Shown here: positions 8,591 through 17,632 of the stretch, piece by piece
Layout: each line of letters opens with the position of its first letter
How positions within the stretch are numbered: position 1 is the first letter of the stretch
Source: Gemmatimonadota bacterium
GTDB taxonomy: Bacteria > Latescibacterota > UBA2968 > UBA8231
Direction: 5' to 3'
DNA: 31,096 bases
Assembly (NCBI GenBank): GCA_038153405.1
Contig: JAYOYH010000050.1
Span: 1-31,096, forward strand
Notes under the pieces: generated by a model
Seen by the model: the letters and a program-made list of their open reading frames with translations, nothing else
Databases searched by the model: none
What the model was told of the DNA's origin: nothing
Translations under genes and position numbers: made by a program

Positions 8591-11500
8591 CCGGTAAGTT
8601 TGCGCGATTAAAGCTATCTATAAATGCGAAGAAGTCGTCGAGGTTAATTACGCCATCGCGATTGAGATCGGCACTTTCGTTCCAGTTTTCTGCATTGGGT
8701 GCAGCGCCAAAAGCATCGGCTAGCGCAAAGAAATCGCTCAGATCAATGCTCGTGTCGCCGTTGAAATCGCTCTGCTGTCGGCGCGCTATGCGCAGGATGT
8801 GCTCGTCGGAATTCCCGTCCAGGTCGCTCACTTTGAGTTGTATTCGGGCTTGGATAAAGAAACTGGAAACGGAGAACAGCACGGCCACATCGCCTGACGA
8901 ATAGGTATAGCTGATGGGATCCCCGTCTATTTGGCGAATCGCCCAATCCAGTTGGGCGAAGGTGTGGTCGGCATCGCTGACCAGATCGATCAGGCGGAGC
9001 GTGGCCGTTCCGCCTTCGACCGTTACGCCTTTGAGCGGTACTATGCGCGGCGGCGCGCTGAGCGACTGCACGCTGAGTTGGAAGACCTGCTCATCGTTAA
9101 ACTGGCCGTCGTAGGTGCGCACGGCGATTTCGTGAGTGCCAACGTCGATCCGCTTGGGCACCCACGATATGAGGCCATTAAGCGGGTTGATGCGCATAGT
9201 GGCGGGACCGCGCACAATGGTGTATACCAGGGTGTCGCTATCGGCATCGCTGGCGTGCAGCGGGTAGAGGTAGAGTGAGTCGACCAGGGTCTGCGTGACC
9301 GGTGTCGATGTGATCTGCGGTGCAGTATTGCCCTCCGTCAGCGCGATTTGGAAGCTCTGTCTGATCTGCTGCACGCCGCTTGTTGCAAGCAGCGTTACCG
9401 CGGAACTCGTCGGGTCGCCGCTGTTCGGCATCCAGCTGATCTGTCCCGTACCGGGGTCGATCTGCATGCCCGGTGGGGCCGAAAGCAGGGAAAAGCGCAG
9501 CGTCGTAGAAGGGGTGTTTATTAGCAGCGGCTGATATCTATAGAGTCTGCCGAGGCGCACGCTTGTGGTGGGTTGGCTGGCAAAGGCCATGCGTTCGGTG
9601 CTGGCGACAACGTGTAGGCGAAACGTCTGTTCGCTGGCAACGTTTCCATCGCTGACGGCTATGCGAATTTCGTATGTGCCAGCGCTAGTCGGCCGCCAGG
9701 CAGCCCTGCCAATAGCGCGGTCAAAGCGCATGCCTGGGGGGCCATCAATCAGGTTAAAGCTCATGGCATCGCCGTCGGTGTCAACGCTGTTTATCGCATA
9801 CAGGTAGAGCGAGTCGATAGTTGCCACCGTATCGGGAATGGACGTAATGCGGGGCGGGTCGTTTTGCGGCAGAATTTCGATGTGCAGTTCTGACGTATCT
9901 TCCAGGCCTGTTGGATCGCGAACGACGAGGGTCGTTTGCACGACGCCGGCGTAGTCGGGCGCAGTCGGCGCGGCGACCAGATGCTGGCCATCAATCCGCA
10001 GCGTCAGGGGCATATCTTTGTCTGAGACAACAAAGGCGAGCTGGTCAATGGGCGAGTCGACATCGGTTACCAGCGCGCTGAGGTCTACCCGTTGTGCAGG
10101 TCCGTCCTCCACTAGCTCGATTTGGATTGCGTCGCTGGTAAAGCGCGGCGGCTGTGTTTCGCGCACGGGAATGGTAAAGGTCGACGGAGCGAGGCCGGAC
10201 GATCCGGCGAACACGAGTATACTGCCGATGGCTCCCGTGGAGAGGAGCCGCGCGCGGGCGAGGCCTTCGCGTGTGCGCGAAAATGTCGGAGGCCGTATGG
10301 TGGCAGGGCCACCGGAAATGGAAAAGCTGACTACAGTCGTCGAGTCGGCCCAAATTCTATTGCCGTGCACGTCTTGGATTTCGGCCGTGAGCTCTGCGCT
10401 CGTCGTATCGATTCCAGGCAGCGCAGCCGGCGAGGCGCGCAGCTGGATTTTGGCTGCGGGACCGGCTACTAGTTGTAGCTGCGTGCTGCCGGGCAGCAGC
10501 CCCGGGGCTTCGGCGCGCAGAGTGATAGCCTCTGCGCGAATTGAGGAGCGCAGGATCGTTTGCGCCGTGCCGCTTTGGGCAATGGCCGTTTGCGGTCCGA
10601 TGATTTCTGCATCGCCGCTCTCTATGGAAAAGGAGATATTGGCCGCCGCATCGCCGACGATATTGCCTAGACTGTCGCGCACCACAGCAGAGAGCACGGC
10701 CGTGGACTGCCGATCGGCTACGATGGTAGCGGGAACGACGACTAAATCGAGGCGATAGGCGGAGGTGGCGCGTGCCAGCAATTCGACTTCTGCACTCTGC
10801 AAATGCGCAGCCTCGGCGCGCACGACAATCGGTCCGGCCACACCTAAACTCCGCACTTGCGTGCTGGCTAGGCCGCTGCTGGCTACGGTTTCGCTCTGTG
10901 AAAGCGTGGCCTGTCCCCTGACAATACTAAAGTGCACTCGCGTCGTATCGTCCATGCTGAGGAGCTCGCCGCGCGCATCGCGCAGAAAAGCAGTTATCTC
11001 GGCTGCGCGCGTGCCGCTGGCCGGTAGCTCGGCAACGGAGCTGCTCAGCGAGATAAACGGCGGTTGTGTCGCGACGACGGGAATGGTGATTTCGCGGCGG
11101 AGTGTTTGGGCGGTAGCGGCCACGCGCAGCGTGCCGGGGGTGGCCGACTGCACCTGCGTGCTGGCGAGTCCATTGGAGCTGTATGCGTTGTTTGCGTCGC
11201 CGACAAAGAGGCCGGAGCCAATCAGGGAGAAGGCGACCGCTTCGCCGTCGCCCGCCAAGTTGCCGTGCGCGTCGCGCAGCAGCGCAGTTACGTCGCTGCG
11301 GTCTCCGTTTTCCAGCAAAATGGACGGAGGCTCGGCAACTAGTTCGATCGCTGCAACGGGGCCGGCAACGAGGGTGACATCAACGGTGTCGGGCAGCAGA
11401 CCCGCTGCGCTGGCGCGGACGCGCGCAGCGCCAGCCGTTGTTCCAGCGCGCAGTTCGGTACTGGCCCTGCCGCCTTGCGCCTGTGCCGATAGGGAACCGC

Positions 11501-14500
11501 TAATCCACACATCGCCGCTGATTGTCGTAAACGCGACGAGTGTGCGATTGTCCATAGTGACGGGGCGCTGTTGGGCATCGACGATTGTGGCGATGAGCAT
11601 CGTGCGCGACAGGTCGTTGGCTATCAGCGAATCCGGCGCGGCGCTTAACAGCAGGTGGTGCGGCTGGCCTACCAGACCCACTTCGTGGAGTGCGCTTTCG
11701 ACGTTGGCACCCGACGTTGCTGCCGCAGTTCCGCTTATGTGCGTGCTCACAGCATCAATCGAGTCCGCATCGAGTTGGGCGCGCAGCGTCCAGCCGGCTT
11801 GCAAAGGGCCGCGTGCAGTCCAGGTTACGAGAAAGTGTTCGAGCCCATTCAGCGTATCGGTCAGGCTGGCAAAGCGCGCCGTGCTGTCGTCGTTTACAGC
11901 CGCTGCTCCAAGCAATCGATCGCTCGGATCGAGCAGACCGAGTGCGCCGCTATCGCGCCACAGATGCAGCGTATCGATATGCGTTGGTGACATGCCGCTG
12001 CCAAAAGATAGGTGCGTGCTCAGATTGACCAACGCCAGCGGTTCGCCGCGCGCCGCGGCGGCAAAGGACAGCAGGGCGACCTGCCGTGGCGTGGCGTCGC
12101 GCTGAAAGGCCAGCTGGTTGGGGACTTGTTCGAGAGGCGCGCGCAGTTCGAGTGAGCCCACCTGGGAAATAGCGGCGCTGCGCGCTGGCTGCAAGCCGGG
12201 GCTAGTGGCCAATAGCTGCAGCTGTCCGGCGCTGTCGTATTTGGCCGATGTGAAGGTAACCTGCCCGCCGCTAGGTATCAGCGTGCGCTCTGGTGCCGCT
12301 GTAAAACCTTGTAGCGGCACCGACTGGTCAACGCCCACGGCGTCGAGTGCGATGTGTCCGTTAAACTCGCTGTCGACGCCGCCGTCTTGGTGCACGGCAC
12401 GCACGGTTAGCTGCGAATCGATTAACTCTGTCCCGACGCTTGCGCTGGTGTGCGGTGTCTGTGCAAATACAAGACGCGTGGCGACGATATCGGCGGTGCG
12501 GCTGGCCGTGCTGACGCTGGGCAGATCACCGCCGGAACCACCGGGCTGGTCGTCGGCCGTCAGGGTAAAGGACTGATGGTCTTGGGTCGCGGTGTAGGCG
12601 ATGTCGTCAAACACGGCGATGCCGGCTATGGCCTGGCGCGCGGTGGTGCCGGAGAGGGTGCCGGGCGCGTTGGTCGTCAGCGTGATAGTGTCGGCAAAGT
12701 GCGCGTCAACGCGTCCGTCGGCATCCCGAGCCTGTAGGGTGGGCTGGGTCTGGAAGGGGACCCCTGACAGCACGTCGTCAGTGGCCAAGCCGCCGTGAGC
12801 GGGTTGCGTTGTAAAGACCATCTGTGTGGCAACGATGTCGGCTACGAGCGCATTGCTGTCGGCGCTGACGAGTCCAGCACTCGTGGCCGACAGGGTGAAA
12901 GGCGCGGCATCGCCGGTCGCGCTGACGGATAGACCGGCAAAGGTCGCGCGGCCGCTGACCCAGTTGGTTGTTGCAGTGCCCAATAGAGTTACGGCATCTG
13001 ACTGAACGGCCAGTGTAACGGCCACATTCGATAGGTGTAGATCCTTTTGTCCGCTCTCGTTGACGGCTTCGAGGACGGGCTGTACGGCAAAGACCCGTCC
13101 GGAGACGACGCTGCCGTTGCTGGCGGCAGGATCGGAGGGCTGCGTGGTAAAGGCAATTTTCGTAGCGACGATATCGGCAGTCAGCGTGCTTGTCGTCGCA
13201 TCGGCTAGGCCCGGAGCAGAAGCGCGTAGCGCGAAAGTCACGCCGTCGCCGGAAGTCGAAATGCCGAGGCCGCTGGCGTCAAAGCGCGCGCGCCCGGCAC
13301 TCCATGCAACGCTCGTCGTACCCAGCAGCGTAGCGCTGCCGGAGGCCAGGGCTATCGTCGCATTGCCGGTAAAGTTGAGGTCCCGCTGTCCGCTCTCATT
13401 GACGGCTTCGAGTACGGGTTGGGTGGCGAATGCGCGTCCGGAAACGACATCGCCGTTGGTGGCGGCTGCGTCGGACGGGAGGGTAGTGAAGACGATTTTC
13501 GTAGCGACGATATCGGCAGTGCGGCTGGTGGTACTGGCGCTGGGCAAGTCGCCGCCGGAGCCACCGGGTAGATCGTCTGCTAGCAGAGCAAAGGACTGCT
13601 GATCGGCCGTGGCCGTGTAGGCGATGTCGGTAAAGGTCGCCACGCCGCTAATGGACTGCTGGCTGGTCGAACCCGAGAGCGTGCCGGGCGCGCTCGTCGT
13701 CAGCGCGATGGTGTCATTAAAGTGGGTGTCGATGCGGCCACCTGCATCCTGTGCGCTGACGATGGGTTGGGTTTGGAAGGGAACCCCCGATAGCACGTCG
13801 CCATTGGACACGCCGCTGTGGCTGGGCTGAGCGGTGAATACCATCTGCGTAGCGACGATATCGGCGACCAACGCGTTGCTAGTGACGGGCGTCAAGCCGC
13901 CGCCGTTGGCAGCCGCCAGCGCAAAGCTTTGTCCCTCGCTCGCTGCATCGACGGCTAAGTTGGAGAAAGATGCTCGTCCATTGATCCAGCTTGCACTGGT
14001 TGTACCTGCTAAGGTGACGTCGCCCGATTGGACGGTTAGGGTCGGTGGATTGCTGGCATAGTGTATGTCCACCACGCCGTCGCTGTTGCGCGCTTCGATC
14101 GTGGGCTGCGTTTGGAACGCAACGCCGGAGACCACGTCGCCGTTGGGCGCGCGTGCATCGGCTGGCTGGGTGGCGAAAGCCATTTGTGTAGCGATGATGT
14201 CGGCCGTTAGCGTAGTGCTCTGGCCGCTGATGGAACCGCTGGTTGCGCTCAGTGCAAAAGTTGTCGCATCGCTCGTTGCGGTAACGCGCAGGCCGCTGCC
14301 GGCAAAGTCGGCCCGGCCGCTGATCCACGTTTTGCTAAGCGTGCCGCTCAGGCTGGGATTACCCGGCGGCAGCGACAGGGACACACTGCCGGTAAAGTTG
14401 AGGTCGCGCTGTCCGCTTTCGTTGCGCGCTTCGAGTACGGGCTGGGTAGTAAAGGCCCGTCCCGAAACGACGTTGCCGTTGGTGGCGGTCGCGTCGGAGG

Positions 14501-15767
14501 GTAGAGTGGCAAAGACGATCTTGGTGGCGACGATGTCAGCAGTGCGGCTGGCGGTGCTAGCGCTGGGTAAGTCGCCGCCGGAGCCGCCGGGCAGGTCGTC
14601 AGCTAGCAGCGCAAAAGATTGTTGGTCTACCGTGGCGGTGTAGGCGATGTCGGTAAAGGTTGCTACCCCGCTGGAAGCGGACCGAGTGGTCGTGCCCGAG
14701 AGCGTGCCGGGTGCGCTCGTAGTCAGCGTTATCGCGTCGTTGAAATCGGTATCGACGCGCCCGTCGGCATCCTGTGCGCTGACGACGGGCTGGGTCTGGA
14801 AGGGCACGCCCGACAGCACGTCGCCGTTGGCCACGCCGCCGTGGGTGGGCTGAGCGGTGAAGACCATCTGCGTGGCGACGATATCGGCTACCAAGCTGCG
14901 GCTGGTGGCGCTGGTTAGACCACTGCTCGTAGCCGATAGGGTAAAGGACGCCGCATCGCTGGCGGTGGTAACGGCCAAGTTGGTAAAGGGGGCCCGTCCC
15001 GCGGTCCAATTGACGCCTGTCGATCCCGATAGCGATACGCTGCCGCTGCCGACGCCGATGCTTGCACTGCCGCTGGCGTCGACGTCGACGTTGCCATAGG
15101 CATCGCGCGCTTCGAGCACGGGCTGGGTGGCAAAGGCCCGTCCCGAAACGACGTCGCCGTTGCTGGCGGTCGCGTCGACGGGCTGGGTGGCAAAGGCCAC
15201 CTGCGTGGCCACCACGTCTATGGAAACGCTATTGGCATTATCGGCGACAATTTCGCCGCCAATGGCTCCGCTGCTGGTGGCAATGGCGCCGGCGGCCGAG
15301 CCGACGCGAAAGGCATCTTTATTGGTCCCCACTTCGTCGACGTGGGTTGTGCTGAGCGTCAGCGTGGCGATAAAATAGGGGAAAGACGAATTCCAGTTGA
15401 GCGGTGCGTCGAGAGAAATCGTGCTGGGACTGCCGAGCGCCACGCTGTTTTGGGTCCCCAACAGGCTGTCACTGCCGGCGTCGAAGGTTGCGTCGGCACT
15501 GCGGTATAGGCGCAGTTGGGCAAAGGCACTGGCGCCAATCCCGGTCGGCGTGCTCAGATCGGATAGAGTGAGGGCGATCGATTGGAGCGTAGAGTTGCCG
15601 TCGTTTACAAGCCGCACGGAGTAGACGGGCACTTCGGCACCGGGGCGCGCAATGCTCTGTCCGCTGAGACCCTGGTGATGGCCGAATATGACGATTGTCG
15701 CTTGCACGGGCGCCGACGCCGCCAGCAGAACGACCGCACAAAACGCCAAAAAGGCGCCAAAAGGCAT
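8583..15767 (-). CDS. Giant secreted or surface protein (2394 aa): signal peptide, tandem Ig-like repeats, Big_1/invasin-like domains, cadherin/He_PIG-like domains and a C-terminal dockerin-like EF-hand pair
   Basis: Hydrophobic N-terminus ending VQA; 8-9 DIVAT repeats; five 'P.SI.A....TA.L.D..G' domains; three 'Y.Y...GP.GM.I....G...W.P'-like domains; C-terminal DFNGDTSIDLSDFF and DLNRDGVINLDDFF. Confidence 0.9.
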   Translation of the reverse strand: MPFGAFLAFCAVVLLAASAPVQATIVIFGHHQGLSGQSIARPGAEVPVYSVRLVNDGNSTLQSIALTLSDLSTPTGIGASAFAQLRLYRSADATFDAGSDSLLGTQNSVALGSPSTISLDAPLNWNSSFPYFIATLTLSTTHVDEVGTNKDAFRVGSAAGAIATSSGAIGGEIVADNANSVSIDVVATQVAFATQPVDATASNGDVVSGRAFATQPVLEARDAYGNVDVDASGSASIGVGSGSVSLSGSTGVNWTAGRAPFTNLAVTTASDAASFTLSATSSGLTSATSRSLVADIVATQMVFTAQPTHGGVANGDVLSGVPFQTQPVVSAQDADGRVDTDFNDAITLTTSAPGTLSGTTTRSASSGVATFTDIAYTATVDQQSFALLADDLPGGSGGDLPSASTASRTADIVATKIVFATLPSDATATNGNVVSGRAFTTQPVLEARNESGQRDLNFTGSVSLSLPPGNPSLSGTLSKTWISGRADFAGSGLRVTATSDATTFALSATSGSISGQSTTLTADIIATQMAFATQPADARAPNGDVVSGVAFQTQPTIEARNSDGVVDIHYASNPPTLTVQSGDVTLAGTTSASWINGRASFSNLAVDAASEGQSFALAAANGGGLTPVTSNALVADIVATQMVFTAQPSHSGVSNGDVLSGVPFQTQPIVSAQDAGGRIDTHFNDTIALTTSAPGTLSGSTSQQSISGVATFTDIAYTATADQQSFALLADDLPGGSGGDLPSASTTSRTADIVATKIVFTTLPSDAAATNGDVVSGRAFATQPVLEAVNESGQRDLNFTGNATIALASGSATLLGTTSVAWSAGRARFDASGLGISTSGDGVTFALRASAPGLADATTSTLTADIVATKIAFTTQPSDPAASNGSVVSGRVFAVQPVLEAVNESGQKDLHLSNVAVTLAVQSDAVTLLGTATTNWVSGRATFAGLSVSATGDAAPFTLSATSAGLVSADSNALVADIVATQMVFTTQPAHGGLATDDVLSGVPFQTQPTLQARDADGRVDAHFADTITLTTNAPGTLSGTTARQAIAGIAVFDDIAYTATQDHQSFTLTADDQPGGSGGDLPSVSTASRTADIVATRLVFAQTPHTSASVGTELIDSQLTVRAVHQDGGVDSEFNGHIALDAVGVDQSVPLQGFTAAPERTLIPSGGQVTFTSAKYDSAGQLQLLATSPGLQPARSAAISQVGSLELRAPLEQVPNQLAFQRDATPRQVALLSFAAAARGEPLALVNLSTHLSFGSGMSPTHIDTLHLWRDSGALGLLDPSDRLLGAAAVNDDSTARFASLTDTLNGLEHFLVTWTARGPLQAGWTLRAQLDADSIDAVSTHISGTAAATSGANVESALHEVGLVGQPHHLLLSAAPDSLIANDLSRTMLIATIVDAQQRPVTMDNRTLVAFTTISGDVWISGSLSAQAQGGRASTELRAGTTAGAARVRASAAGLLPDTVDVTLVAGPVAAIELVAEPPSILLENGDRSDVTALLRDAHGNLAGDGEAVAFSLIGSGLFVGDANNAYSSNGLASTQVQSATPGTLRVAATAQTLRREITIPVVATQPPFISLSSSVAELPASGTRAAEITAFLRDARGELLSMDDTTRVHFSIVRGQATLSQSETVASSGLASTQVRSLGVAGPIVVRAEAAHLQSAEVELLARATSAYRLDLVVVPATIVADRQSTAVLSAVVRDSLGNIVGDAAANISFSIESGDAEIIGPQTAIAQSGTAQTILRSSIRAEAITLRAEAPGLLPGSTQLQLVAGPAAKIQLRASPAALPGIDTTSAELTAEIQDVHGNRIWADSTTVVSFSISGGPATIRPPTFSRTREGLARARLLSTGAIGSILVFAGSSGLAPSTFTIPVRETQPPRFTSDAIQIELVEDGPAQRVDLSALVTDVDSPIDQLAFVVSDKDMPLTLRIDGQHLVAAPTAPDYAGVVQTTLVVRDPTGLEDTSELHIEILPQNDPPRITSIPDTVATIDSLYLYAINSVDTDGDAMSFNLIDGPPGMRFDRAIGRAAWRPTSAGTYEIRIAVSDGNVASEQTFRLHVVASTERMAFASQPTTSVRLGRLYRYQPLLINTPSTTLRFSLLSAPPGMQIDPGTGQISWMPNSGDPTSSAVTLLATSGVQQIRQSFQIALTEGNTAPQITSTPVTQTLVDSLYLYPLHASDADSDTLVYTIVRGPATMRINPLNGLISWVPKRIDVGTHEIAVRTYDGQFNDEQVFQLSVQSLSAPPRIVPLKGVTVEGGTATLRLIDLVSDADHTFAQLDWAIRQIDGDPISYTYSSGDVAVLFSVSSFFIQARIQLKVSDLDGNSDEHILRIARRQQSDFNGDTSIDLSDFFALADAFGAAPNAENWNESADLNRDGVINLDDFFAFIDSFNRANLPEK
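12492..15218 (-). repeat. Intragenic tandem array of eight 111-116 codon repeats with an A-B-C super-period
   Basis: D[IV][IV]AT repeat starts at 15218, 14885, 14537, 14201, 13862, 13514, 13175 and 12839; a degenerate ninth starts at 12491. Confidence 0.9.
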
Positions 15768-15852
15768 AAGAACCAGTCGGTTTAAAACAAAGGGGAAAAC
15801 GCCGTCAGTCGGGGGTGCTGCGCTGTAGCCGAGGATGGTGCTACAGAGAACT

Positions 15853-15897
15853 AATATAACATATTCGCGATTAGAAAGACAATAGAATTGCTGTCAA
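15853..15897 (-). promoter_or_regulatory. Candidate sigma70 promoter(s) for the giant protein gene
   Basis: Minus strand TTGTCT(15882-15877)-18 nt-TATATT(15858-15853) with a TGn extension; also TTGACA at 15897-15892. The segment is AT-rich. Confidence 0.5.
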
Positions 15898-15908
15898 ATC
15901 GATGAATT

Positions 15909-16412
15909 TTATGAAGTTAGCGATTTTGCAATGCGCGGCGTGACAAAGTATAACAGCCTGCCGTGAGCAGGGGAAAGTGCCGACCACTGCGACGCTCCGA
16001 TTGCGATGGCCGCCAGTCCGGCAGGGGGCAAGGCGATGCGCGCACCGGAAAGTAGACAAATCAATTCTTCCATGCCGGGGTTGTGCGCCACGACGAGAAG
16101 GGTGTCGACGCTGTCCGGCACGCGCTGGATGTGTTCGAGCAGGGTGCTGGGACAAGCTAGGTATAGCGCGTCTTGCAGATGCAGCAGGTCGGACGGCAGC
16201 TCTAGGTATTGGACTAGGCCTACCGCCGTTTGGCGCGCGCGCAGTGCCGACGATGAGAGCACGTATTCAGGCGGGGTCTCGCACTGGCGCAGCAGCGCGC
16301 CCATGCGCGGCAGATCGCTCAGACCGCGCTCGCTGAGCGTCCGTTGGTAGTCGCTCTCCACGCCGGGTGGATAGTCCGATTTAGCATGGCGCATGGCCAG
16401 GATTGTTTTCAC
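15909..16412 (-). CDS. sixA: SixA-like histidine phosphatase (phosphoglycerate mutase superfamily)
   Basis: MRHAKS, D.QRTLSERG, SSSALRARQTA, LY.A and LVVAHNPG motifs; 167 aa; GTG start. Confidence 0.85.
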   Translation of the reverse strand: MKTILAMRHAKSDYPPGVESDYQRTLSERGLSDLPRMGALLRQCETPPEYVLSSSALRARQTAVGLVQYLELPSDLLHLQDALYLACPSTLLEHIQRVPDSVDTLLVVAHNPGMEELICLLSGARIALPPAGLAAIAIGASQWSALSPAHGRLLYFVTPRIAKSLTS

Positions 16413-16485
16413 GCGATTTTTGCGCTTTCTATGCCGAAAAAGAGCATGTCTTTAAAGTTGCGCGAGCGCCGAGGGCGTACTATTT

Positions 16486-16498
16486 TTAACTTAGTTAA
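16486..16498. promoter_or_regulatory. Candidate transcription-factor operator in a divergent intergenic region
   Basis: TTAACT-T-AGTTAA is a perfect 6-1-6 inverted repeat in an AT-rich patch. Confidence 0.35.
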
Positions 16499-16558
16499 CC
16501 TCAAAAATATGCGTTTGGCGATCCCCTGACAATTCTCTCCCCGGGGAAGAAACAGAGT

Positions 16559-17629
16559 ATGGCGACGGCCCCCGTAGAAGTCAATCTGGTAATACGCCCA
16601 CAGCAGCGCTATGAGCTGATCGACGTAAAGCAGCGGGTGCGCGACGAAGTCGGCGATGCTCTGGCGTCTTTTCGCAAGACGGCCTACTGCTCGCTGCACA
16701 CCACGGCCGGTTACCTGGAACAGGGCGCGTGCAGGCATCTGGGTCAGGGCTACAAGCAACTCGATCCCTTTATCCGCGCCGTTCAGAAGATTTTTCCGCA
16801 CGACGCCGGCTATTACCACGATCGCATGCAGCTGCGCGATGAGCTGAGCGCGAGCGAGAAGGAGCGCGAGCCGGTCAATGCCGATTCTCACCTGACGTTT
16901 ATGAGCGCAGGGCTCAAGAACTGCGTCACCTATATCAATCGCCCGGACGAGTCGGTGTATTTTATCGAGTTGGATGGGATCTACAAGGACCACGTGCGCG
17001 AGCGCCACACGACGGTCATCGCCTACGACCAAGCGGAGGTGGTGCACCGGGGGCGCATCGCCATTCCCGTGGACGCTGGGCACGCCATCGACTCATTTAA
17101 CCTCCGCGACGAGCGCTACGGATTGTTTGCCGAATTGGAGGATTGGCTGCAGCGCTATGGCGTCGACAAGGGGCGTTTCGACTTGCGCTTGGTGCCCGAA
17201 GATCGCCACGTCGGTTTGACGGTCAACGAGTACGAGACCTTGCTGATGCGCAACGATCTGCCGCAGGTCCTGCGCGACCCGCTGCGCTATATGGTGCAGC
17301 GCGGCAAAAGCTTGCTGCGCCATCCGTCAGCCATTCCCGGCAAGACGCGCGACTATGCCACCTACGATCTGATTCACCTCTACAACGACCTCATGGACAG
17401 CGTGCCGGTGGGGCGCTCGGTAATTGATCGCATTCTATCCGTGCTGTCTAGTCCGGCCAAGCGCATCCTGCGCCTCAAGCGCCACGTCTCCCTATTGGTG
17501 TCCGATAGCAAAGAGACGGGGCCGGGTAGTATCGTGCAGGGCCAGTATCAAAGTCCCATCCTCGTACAGCATCACCCGGCGACCGACGGCGTGCGCTACC
17601 TCGATGTCACGCTGCGGAGATTCGCCTGA
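16559..17629 (+). CDS. Hypothetical protein with two divergent YjbQ/UPF0047-like halves
   Basis: First half has RYELIDV, HTTAG, P.DAGYYHD, NADSHL and FIELDG..R.R. Second half has GLTVNEYE..RNDL and GQYQSPIL...RYLDVTL. Confidence 0.7.
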   Translation: MATAPVEVNLVIRPQQRYELIDVKQRVRDEVGDALASFRKTAYCSLHTTAGYLEQGACRHLGQGYKQLDPFIRAVQKIFPHDAGYYHDRMQLRDELSASEKEREPVNADSHLTFMSAGLKNCVTYINRPDESVYFIELDGIYKDHVRERHTTVIAYDQAEVVHRGRIAIPVDAGHAIDSFNLRDERYGLFAELEDWLQRYGVDKGRFDLRLVPEDRHVGLTVNEYETLLMRNDLPQVLRDPLRYMVQRGKSLLRHPSAIPGKTRDYATYDLIHLYNDLMDSVPVGRSVIDRILSVLSSPAKRILRLKRHVSLLVSDSKETGPGSIVQGQYQSPILVQHHPATDGVRYLDVTLRRFA

Positions 17630-17632
17630 TTC

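Noticed and set aside
11110..11121. GGCGGTAG ops-like element
   Set aside because: It lies inside and antisense to the giant CDS rather than in an operon leader; likely chance.
12491..15218. Recurring short DNA motifs (e.g. GCGACGATATCGGC) as a CRISPR array or DGR template/variable repeats
   Set aside because: Spacing is 333-348 bp and in-frame within a CDS, differences are not adenine-specific by eye, and no cas or reverse transcriptase gene is present.
10018..15624. Series of plus-strand ORFs, including 446 aa at 10765-12105, with repeated peptides
   Set aside because: They are codon-register mirrors of the giant minus-strand gene and simply reflect its repeats.
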